Shown here: one piece after another, positions 9,624 through 16,170 of the stretch
Layout: each line of letters starts with the position of its first letter
Position numbering within the stretch: the stretch's first letter is position 1
NCBI RefSeq assembly: GCF_008065095.1
Contig: NZ_CP042911.1
Coordinates: forward strand, 3,990,001-4,022,000
Direction of reading: 5' to 3'
Source of the DNA: Gemmata obscuriglobus
GTDB lineage: Bacteria; Planctomycetota; Planctomycetia; Gemmatales; Gemmataceae
DNA length: 32,000 bases
Notes under the pieces: model-generated
What the model saw: only the letters and a program-made list of their open reading frames with translations
Told to the model about the DNA's origin: nothing
The model's database searches: none
Made by a program: the position numbers and the translations under genes

Positions 9624-10770
9624 ATGTCTCCTTGCACCCTGGTCGATGCCCTGGCGGCGGTTCCCGATCCCCGCAGCAAGCACGGCCTTATCCACCCACT
9701 CGCCCCCTTCCTCGGACTCGTCGCCCTCGCCATGCTCATGGGGCGCACCAGCCTCAATGGCATCGCTCGCTTCGGGCGACAGCACGGACCCGCCCTCGCC
9801 CATGCCCTCGGCTTCCGACGCGGCAAGACCCCGGCCGTTTCCACGCTCTCCCGCACCCTGCGACGCTTCGACGCCGACCAACTGGAGCACGTCCTCTCGT
9901 ACTGGATCGCCAGCCGCGTCGACCCGGCCGCCTTCACACACATCTCCATCGACGGCAAGACCCTTCGAGGCTCTCGCAACGGCGCGATCCCCGGTCAGCA
10001 CCTGCTGGCCGCATACGCCCCCACCGTCGGTGCCGTACTCGCCCAGGTCAAGGTCGATGCGAGCACCAACGGGCACAAGGCCGCCTTGACGCTCCTCGGC
10101 ATTCTGCCGCTGCGAGGGAAGGTCGTGGTCGGCGACGCCATGTTCTGCCAGCGAGACCTGGCCGAGGAGGTGGTCGAGGCCGGCGGCGACTACGTGCTCA
10201 CGGTGAAGGACAACCAACCCGGATTGGGGATCGACATCCGAGCCGGGTTCGCCTTCGAGACCGCCGCCCGATCGATCGCGGCGGCCACTTCCCCCTGGGG
10301 ATCGGCCTCCGCCCGCCCCGAGCCGCATCGCCACGACCGTCGATAAGGGTCACGGCCGCATCGAGAAGCGGACGCTGCAAACGACCTCGATTCTGACGTG
10401 CTCGCCGACGTGGGCGGGGGTGAAGCAGGGCTTCCAGTTGACGCGTGAGCGGACGGTCCGAGGCCAAACGACGGTCGAAGTGCATTTCGGCATCACGAGC
10501 CTGTCGGCCGAGAAGGCGGATGCGGCCACACTCCTGAACCATGTGCGGACGCACTGGCGCATCGAGAACGAACTGCATTACGTGCGTGACGTGACACTGG
10601 GCGAGGACGCGTGTCGTGTGCGCATGGGGCACGCACCACAGGTGCTGGCGGCGCTGCGGAACGCCGTGGTGCACCTGTGGCGTGAGGTCAAGGCGGTGAG
10701 TTGCCCGGAGGCGATCGAGCGGCTCCAGATGGACCCGGCAATGGCCAAGGGACTTATCGGAGTTCAGTAG
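9624..10770 (+). pseudogene. ISAs1-2 transposase (needs a +1 frame change within 10255-10340; last two codons replaced by IS-C-1)
   Basis: The first frame reads MSPCTLVDALAAVPDPRSKHGLIHPLAPFLGLVALAMLMG...VVGDAMFCQRDLAEEVVEAGGDYVLTVKDNQPGLGIDIRAGFAFE...AATSP and stops at 10344-10346. The +1 frame reads ...SRIATTVDKGHGRIEKRTLQTT...VEVHFGITSL...HWRIENELHYVRDVTLGEDACRVR...GLIGV. No other lesion is seen. Confidence 0.8.
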
Positions 10771-12021
10771 TTTCAAGTTGGCGGCTTGGTTTTGTTGGCC
10801 GATCGTGCAGTAGTAATGGACTTATTTTCGCCATCTGTAGGTGCCAGCCCATCGGCCAACAGTATCAGGCATACCGCCGCCAGTGTCCACCCGAGGCCGC
10901 GGGCTGAGCGGGACCACAACCAGGCGTTACGCAGGATCAGCCCGACGGCGACCCACAGGAGTCGCACGACCCCATCGGTGGTCGAGGTCCGGGGCCGAAC
11001 CTGCCCCAACTGGCGGTAGCTGCTCTCGATCCCGAATCGGGTCCGGTACAGGTCCCGAATCGCCACCGGGCTCCCGCTCACCCGCCACGCCGCGTACAGT
11101 AACTTCTTGCTCCGCCGGCCCCCGGTCCGCCGGTACCGGTAGCTCTTGTGAGCGATCACCACGTGCACCCGCACCGAGGTGCCCCGATCCGCGTGGGTGT
11201 ACGCATATCGACCCGCGCCCCGCCGCCGCACGGCCCGCAACCCGACCCCCTTCACCCCGGGCCGGGGCTTGCGGCCCCGGACCACGGCCGGGATCACGAA
11301 CGGCACACCCCGCGCCTGGAGCAACCGCATCACCGCGATCGAGAAGAACGCCTTGTCCAGCAGCGCGACCCGGACCGTAACCCGTGCCGCCGTCACCTGA
11401 TCCAACAGCCGGGTGAGCACCGCGGTCATCGGCTCCTTCTCGCCCACGGCCGTCAACCCGAGCGTGTACCGGTCCGGTCCCCCGACGAGGCACGCGGTGG
11501 CGTACGTGTGGAACGTGTGGGTGCCGCCGGCCCCCTTGGACCGGGTGGTGTCCCGGTTCGGCGTCCCGAAGTACCCGATCCGGTGGTAGTCGATCGCGAC
11601 CCGAGCCGCCCGCTTCCGCTTGCCGAGCGGGGCGTGGAGGGCCGGCCGCAACCGCCGCTCGAGGGTGCGGCGCCGCTTGGGCAGCGTGAGGTACAAGCAA
11701 TCCCAGATGGCCTGCCCGGACGGGGCGTCGGCGATCGCGGCACAGGCCGCGGCCACCGAGCGGGCGAACGCCGCGGCGAACAGCACCACCCGCCACACCA
11801 CCTCGGGTGTACAGGTGCGGCGACGCTTGGGCAGTTGGACCGCACGGCCGAGCCAGTCGGTCAGGACCGGACGGAGGTGCCGGGTGGCGTGGGCCGGGGT
11901 GGCTCGGATAGACTGACGTTTGGGTCGCATGGGGGCTCCGACAGTGGAGGCGTGGTAACCACCATTGACCGGTAAACCCATGCGGCCCGCTACTCATAAA
12001 TCGCCCAACTTGAAACTACTG
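10765..12021 (-). mobile_element. IS-C copy 1: ISH3/IS4-superfamily-like IS, complete, 1257 bp
   Basis: Perfect 17-bp IRs: CAGTAGTTTCAAGTTGG at 10765-10781 and its reverse complement at 12005-12021. A 5-bp TSD, GAGTT, lies at 10760-10764 and 12022-12026. The family assignment (size, 5-bp TSD, protein motifs) is tentative. Confidence 0.75.
10773..11981 (-). CDS. DDE transposase of IS-C (ISH3-like?), intact 402 aa
   Basis: Uninterrupted ORF with an ATG start. Motifs include VAIDYHRIGYFG, ALLDKAFFS and LYRTRFGIESSYRQL. An ~80% identical C-terminal fragment lies at 14026-14477. Confidence 0.75.
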   Translation of the reverse strand: MGLPVNGGYHASTVGAPMRPKRQSIRATPAHATRHLRPVLTDWLGRAVQLPKRRRTCTPEVVWRVVLFAAAFARSVAAACAAIADAPSGQAIWDCLYLTLPKRRRTLERRLRPALHAPLGKRKRAARVAIDYHRIGYFGTPNRDTTRSKGAGGTHTFHTYATACLVGGPDRYTLGLTAVGEKEPMTAVLTRLLDQVTAARVTVRVALLDKAFFSIAVMRLLQARGVPFVIPAVVRGRKPRPGVKGVGLRAVRRRGAGRYAYTHADRGTSVRVHVVIAHKSYRYRRTGGRRSKKLLYAAWRVSGSPVAIRDLYRTRFGIESSYRQLGQVRPRTSTTDGVVRLLWVAVGLILRNAWLWSRSARGLGWTLAAVCLILLADGLAPTDGENKSITTARSANKTKPPT

Positions 12022-12054
12022 GAGTTACGTAGAGTGAATCAAGGAAAGGCCCTG

Positions 12055-12117
12055 GCGCCCGTGGCGGCTCCGCGGGTCCGGTAACTCGGCCAACCGCTCG
12101 ACCAGTGACCCGGGCAT
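12055..12117 (-). pseudogene. ISAs1-1 transposase, first 21 codons
   Basis: The ATG is the reverse complement of 12115-12117. The segment reads MPGSLVERLAELPDPRSRHGR, matching the N-terminus of copy 2 (MSPCTLVDALAAVPDPRSKHG). It continues in frame at 9532 after excision of ISAs1-2. Confidence 0.75.
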
Positions 12118-12397
12118 TGGCGACTCCCAAATGAGGAGTCGCTCACATACCCAAATGCAGCACCTTGCCCAAGGTCAATCCGTGCGTAGCCCTGGGTGTA
12201 GCACTTCGGCGGAGAAACCGTTCGCCGCGGACGCCGTCCCGGTTGCGGATGGCACGACAGATCCTCAACGTCCTGATGGGTCAAGACGTTATAGCCCAAG
12301 CCAGATGTGCGCAGCAGTGGGCGGCACGTTCCGTCGCGCCACTGTTCGCCGTGAAACCGCGGATCGGGTAAGCTGGACGGCAGGTGGCTTACCCTCT

Positions 12398-12700
12398 GTA
12401 AGCGTTCACGGGCGATTTGCCCGGTGTTTTTCTCGTGCCTTTTGAGCCCTTTCCGTGGGCGGTTGCCACTGGCGAGCGGGTTCTGTAATCGGCTAACGCC
12501 ATGGCACCTGTTCCTCAACCGCCAGACCTCCCAGACGACCTGCTACCTCACGTGGTAGCGTATATCCGGGCACTCGAAGCCACAATTGCTCAACTCACGG
12601 CCCAGGTCCGCGGGCTCACGGCCCAGGTCGCGGAACTGATCGCCCGTCTCAACCAGAACTCGACCAACTCGTCGAAGCCCCCGTCGTCCGACGCCCCGCA
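12398..12700 (+). mobile_element. IS66-family left-end fragment (IRL plus the first ~65-70 codons of the transposase); right boundary approximate
   Basis: GTAAGCG at 12398-12404 is the canonical IS66-family IR start. The ORF from 12501 reads MAPVPQPPDLPDD...IAQLTAQVRGLTAQVAELIARLNQNSTNSSKPPSSDAP, the characteristic coiled-coil/NSSKPPSSD N-terminus of IS66 TnpC. Homology switches to IS-C at about 12700-12720. Confidence 0.65.
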
Positions 12701-12785
12701 CGTGAACCCGGCCCCGCCCAAGGGGTGGGGATCCAAAAGTTCTGGGTATCAGGCGGTGAAGTTCCCCACGAAAAGTAGACAGGTT

Positions 12786-13640
12786 CTAGCGGTAGGTTTG
12801 GTTGTGCGTTCGTTCGTACTCATCTGGGGCAACGTCGCCCAGCGATGAGTGCCGGCGGACGCGGTTGTCGAACGCCTCGATGTACTCGACGATGCTCGCC
12901 TTGGCTTCATCGCGGGTGGCGTAGTCCTCGTCGTGAACCAGTTCCTTCTTGAGGCTTGCGAAGAACGACTCCATGGCCGCATTATCCCAGCACTTGACCC
13001 ACACCGCTCATACTGCACGCGATCCGCTCCTCGCGCAACCGACGCTGATAATGCTCGCGGGCGTACTGACTGCCACGATCCGAGTGCGCCACCAGAGCCG
13101 AAGGCGAAGCCCCCTGGAGACGACGGGCCAGGGCCATCTCCAGCGCGTCCACCACCAACCGACGGGTCCTCGTCGGATCCATCGACCCGCCCACGATCCG
13201 GCGGCGGAACAGGTCTTCCACGACCGCCAGGTACAGCCACCCCTCGCGGGTCGGGATGTATGTGATGTCGGCACACCAGCGCGTGTTCGGCTCGTCCGGG
13301 TCGAACGCCCGAGCCAACACGTTCTCGGCCACCGGCAACCCGTGGTTGGAGTCCGTCGTCTGACGGAACTTGCGTTTGGTTTTCGCGGCAATCCCGGCCT
13401 CGCGCATCACCCGGGCCACGAAGTTCACGCTGCACGCGCGCCCGTTCGCCGCCAGCTCGGCGTGGATGCGCGGGCTCCCGTACCGGGCCTTCACCTGGGC
13501 GTGAATGGCCTTCACCTCTTCGGTCAACTCCTCGCGTCGGACCTCGGCGGCACTGGGCTCCCGCGACCGCCACGCGTAGAACCCGGACCGCGACACCCCC
13601 AGCACCCGGCACATCAACGCGATGGGCCACGCGGCCTTGC
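12786..13640 (-). pseudogene. IS3-family OrfB (rve integrase core) with an extra 1-nt frameshift near 12985-13000
   Basis: Reads ...FAGIEERKAAWPIALMCRVLGVSRSGFYAW...WCADITYIPT...HSDRGSQY...ACSMSGVGQVLG* and then, in another frame, CWDNAAMESFFASLKKE...YIEAFDNRVRRHSSLG. The break falls between the second D and the E of the DDE triad. Confidence 0.8.
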
Positions 13641-13661
13641 GTTCCTCGATCCCGGCGAAGG

Positions 13662-13958
13662 TCAGTTCATCTGGGTGACGAAGAACGCCGTGGCTTTGTT
13701 GAGGATGTCGCGCTCCATCTCCAGTCGCTTGACGTCGGCCCGGAGTTGTCGCAGCTCTTCTTCGACCGGGGTCAGGTGCCCCGATCCCGGGAACGCCTCG
13801 GCACCCTTCTTGAGGACCCCCTTCTTCCCGTCGTGGAGCCGGTTCTCGGTGACCCCGAGGCGGCGTGCCACCTCGGCCACGGAGAGCTTCTGCTCGGTAA
13901 TCATCTGGACGGCTGAGAGCTTGAACTCCGCCGTGTACACCTTGCGCGTGCCAGCCAT
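13662..13958 (-). CDS. IS3-family OrfA (HTH transposase subunit)
   Basis: 98 aa: MAGTRKVYTAEFKLSAVQMITEQKLSVAEVARRLGVTENRLH...LRQLRADVKRLEMERDILNKATAFF. This is a typical IS3/IS911 OrfA with a leucine zipper. The -1 frame is open across its 3' end into orfB. Confidence 0.85.
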   Translation of the reverse strand: MAGTRKVYTAEFKLSAVQMITEQKLSVAEVARRLGVTENRLHDGKKGVLKKGAEAFPGSGHLTPVEEELRQLRADVKRLEMERDILNKATAFFVTQMN

Positions 13959-14477
13959 CGGTGTGTCTCCTTCTGTTCAGAGTTTACACCGCTTTCCCAC
14001 TGTCCACCATTCGTGGGGAACTTCAGCGGGCCGGTCCGGGTACACCCACGAGGACCGGGGGACATCCGTCCGCAGCGGCCTGGTGATTGCGCACAAGAGC
14101 GACCGGCACCGGAAGACCGGGCGCCGGCGCAGTCAGAAGCTGATGTATGCGACGTGGCGGGTGACCGGTGCTCCCGTGCCGATCCGGGACCTGTATCGGA
14201 CTCGGTTCGGGATCGAGAGCCGCTACCGCCAGTTGGGTCAGGTACGGCCTCGGACCTCGACCACCAACGGGGTCGTGCGGTTGCTGTGGGTGGCCGTGGG
14301 CCTGATCCTCCTCAACGCCTGGGTCCGGTTCCGAACCGAACGCGGCCCCGGGTGGACACTGGCTACCGCGGGCCTGATCGTGCTGGCTGAAAGCTTCGCA
14401 TCGTCGGCAAGCACGCGCCAGCCACGGTCCGGCGTTCCTGAGGCAAACAGTCCCAGGCCGCCAACACGAAACTACTG

Positions 14478-14922
14478 GATTCAGGATGTCACGCCTGGTC
14501 CGCTCGCTCGGCAGGTCCGCAACCGCGTACCCCTTCTCGGTCTGGAGTCGCTCACACACCTCGCGGGCCGACAGGTTGGTGTACAGGTTGGTGTACCGGC
14601 GGTCGGACTTCAACTCCGGGTCGGCCTGGGTGTGGGGTTCGACCAGGTCGCGGATGTCGATGCCCAGTTGCGGGTTCGCGTCCTCGGACCGGGCCGAGCC
14701 TCGGGTGCCGAAGCTCTCGGCGCACCGGATGCCCGAGGCCCGCTCGTGCGGCCCGGTGTCGACGTTCGCCCGCCCCCAGCCGAACCGGCGTTCCGCCCGG
14801 CGGGCGCGGCCGGCACACAAGGCGCGGGTCACCTCGGCCTGGAACAAGCGGCGCCGGTGCCCGGTCGGGGACCGGGCCGCGAGGCGGAGCAAATCGTCGA
14901 TGCTCGTGTCGGAGTCGTCCAT
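14478..14922 (-). pseudogene. ISAzo13-family transposase, N-terminal 148 codons (5' leader probably extends to ~15000)
   Basis: Reads MDDSDTSIDDLLRLAARSPTGHRRRLFQAEVTRALCAG...ANPQLGIDIRDLVEPHTQADPELKSDRRYTNL...EKGYAVADLPSERTRRDILN, resembling the N-terminal region of DDE_Tnp_ISAZ013 ('Rhodopirellula transposase') proteins. It ends exactly at the IS-C-2 right IR. Confidence 0.6.
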
Positions 14923-15000
14923 GACTCGAACCAGGGTAACGGGTTGTGAGGCCGTCCATCATCCACATCCCCGAAAGGATGGGGAAGGCCAACTCACGTG

Positions 15001-15180
15001 TGAATCTCTGCACGCCGAACGCCTTACGGCATCACCACGGGTATCGGCGGCGGAAGGTGTTGAAGAAGAAGGCGATGGGCCGGCACCCGGACCGCAACGT
15101 GCAGTTCGAGAACATTGCCCGGTTGAAGGGCGAGTACTTGGCGGCGGGTCGGCCGGTGCTCTCGATCGACACGAAACGCC
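15001..15180 (+). pseudogene. ISAzo13-family transposase, next ~60 codons, in the opposite orientation
   Basis: Reads (V)NLCTPNALRHHHGYRRRKVLKKKAMGRHPDRNVQFENIARLKGEYLAAGRPVLSIDTK. The HPDRxxQF...SxDTK block is the ISAzo13 signature that follows the N-terminal region. It continues the frame of 14478-14922 if the shared TGAATC is counted once. Confidence 0.6.
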
Positions 15181-16124
15181 ACGTCCAGAACCCCGTTCAT
15201 GGCCTCGATGTGCCAGTGCCTCCGGATGTAACCGGCCAACTCGGCCGCGCCGACCCGCAGGCTACTCAGGTCGTCGTGGGCGGTGCTCTCGTTGGCCTTC
15301 CCCTTCACCTGCCGGTCCCGGCACACCCGCGACGCTCCCGACATCCGCCCAACCCGCCGGCAGCCCGTCCGGGTTCTGCACCACCGTCACGTTCCGCTCC
15401 TCGTGCCGCCCTGCGCGTCGGTCACCGACGTGTGCCCGTCGCACCCGGCGAACTCCGCTTCGCCCGCCCGGTCGAACACCCCGGCGATGGCGTTCCGCAG
15501 GGTCGGCTGGTTCCCCTTGACGCACACCACGTACTCCCCGCCCCGCTCCCGGATCACCTCCAGCGTCTCGGTCTGGCACCCGGCGGCGTCTCGCGTCACC
15601 ACCGCCCCCGTCCGGTCTCGGGTAGCCAGCAGATCGCGGAACGTGACGATCTCGTGCGACCCGTCCGGCACGGCCCGCTAGCCGAGGATCAGGCGGCTCT
15701 CGACGGCCCACGCCTCGACCCGATGCAGGCACCCGGTGAACGTGCCCTTCGCGGACCGGCGGGCGCTCTTCCCATCGACCGCGACGTGGGTCGGGCCGTC
15801 GATGTCGGGGCGGGTCAACCCGGTTGCCTCGCCGACCGCGGCCACCCACCGGGCGAACCGATCGGCGAACGCGTCGGGGTCGAGCGTAGTGAACACCCGG
15901 TAGAAGGTGTCGTGGCTCGCAATGCCGTTCTTGAGTTCCAGGAACTGGCGGAAGAAGGGCTCCTTGGAACGGCCGTACTCGGCGATGTCCTCCCAGCTCT
16001 CGGCCCCGGCGATCACGGCACAGGTGGCGATGGTCAGGATGTCGGCCAACGTGTGGATCTTGTTGGCCGTCTCCGCCCGCGGGTCCGGCAGGTCCGCGAA
16101 CACGCTCGTCAGGGTCAGGGTCAT
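15181..16124 (-). pseudogene. ISAs1-family transposase copy 3, decayed (in-frame TAG, at least 2 frameshifts, 3' truncation)
   Basis: N-terminus MTLTLTSVFADLPDPRAETANKIHTLADILTIATCAVIAGAESWEDIAEYG...VAVDGKSARRS...AWAVESRLILG, then TAG at 15678-15680 in frame, then RAVPDGSHEIVTFRDLL...RDAAGCQTETLEVIRERGGEYVVCVKGNQPTL. Further pieces (RHEERNVTVVQNPDGL; LAGYIRRHWHIEAMNGVLDVAF) lie in other frames. It ends at about 15180 against the ISAzo13 fragment. Confidence 0.75.
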
Positions 16125-16170
16125 CGGCTCCTCCTGGACCCCGTGATACGCACAAACACTTAACCGGCCA

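Larger units (their letters stand above)
9543..12054 (+). mobile_element. ISAs1-family element copy 2 (nested in copy 1; itself carries IS-C-1)
   Basis: IRs are CAGGGCCTTTCCTTATTTCAC at 9543 and the reverse complement of CAGGGCCTTTCCTTGATTCAC ending at 12054. The first 14 bp are identical. A perfect 10-bp TSD, GCGCCCGTGG, lies at 9533-9542 and 12055-12064. Confidence 0.85.
5946..12194 (-). mobile_element. ISAs1-family element copy 1 (second shell; carries three nested insertions)
   Basis: Ends are CAGGGCTAC... at 5946 and the reverse complement of CAGGGCTACGCACGGATTGACC ending at 12194. After IS5 excision the left end reads CAGGGCTACTCAGAGATTGAAGCC, about 18 of 23 matches. A perfect 10-bp TSD, GGTGTAGCAC, lies at 5936-5945 and 12195-12204. 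Confidence 0.8.
4538..12319 (-). mobile_element. IS4-like element copy 1 (outermost shell of the nest; own sequence is 4538-5945 plus 12205-12319)
   Basis: Perfect 18-bp terminal inverted repeats: CACTGCTGCGCACATCTG at 4538-4555 and its reverse complement at 12302-12319. Flanking 10-bp direct repeats are GGCGGCGCGT (4528-4537) and GGCGGCACGT (12320-12329), matching at 9 of 10 positions. Confidence 0.8.
12757..14025 (-). mobile_element. IS3-family element, 1269 bp
   Basis: Perfect 16-bp IRs: TGAAGTTCCCCACGAA at 12757-12772 and its reverse complement at 14010-14025 (TG...CA termini). A 4-bp TSD, GCGG, lies at 12753-12756 and 14026-14029. It has the usual two overlapping ORFs. Confidence 0.85.
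12701..14477 (+). mobile_element. IS-C copy 2, 3' fragment only, interrupted by the IS3 element (own sequence ~12701-12756 plus 14026-14477)
   Basis: After IS3 excision the frame reads ...KGWGSKSSGYQAGRSGYTHEDRGTSVRSGLVIAHKSDRHRKTGRRRSQKLMYATWRVTGAPVPIRDLYRTRFGIESRYRQLGQVRPRTSTT..., parallel to IS-C-1. The right IR CCAACACGAAACTACTG lies at 14461-14477 (15 of 17 vs copy 1). The stop codon inside the IR is mutated (TGA to CGA). Confidence 0.7.

Noticed and set aside
12366-12393. GGGTAAGC...GCTTACCC 8-bp stem just left of the IS66 IR, containing a second GTAAGC
   Set aside because: It could be a remnant of another IS66 end or a target hairpin, but a single 8-bp stem in 68 bp of orphan DNA is too little to interpret.
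12949-14949. 666-aa plus-strand ORF and the 405-aa ORF at 14946-16163
   Set aside because: They are composite read-throughs. They run antisense through the IS3 element, then in frame through the IS-C-2 fragment (whose stop is mutated), then antisense to the ISAzo13 and ISAs1-3 fragments. Only the sub-segments listed as pseudogene pieces show homology.
14984-15000. GGCCAACTCACGTG next to the second ISAzo13 breakpoint as a decayed IS-C left IR (compare GCCCAACTTGAAACTACTG)
   Set aside because: Only the CCAACT hexamer matches and nothing further inward aligns with IS-C. It is more simply the 5' leader or end of ISAzo13, or chance.
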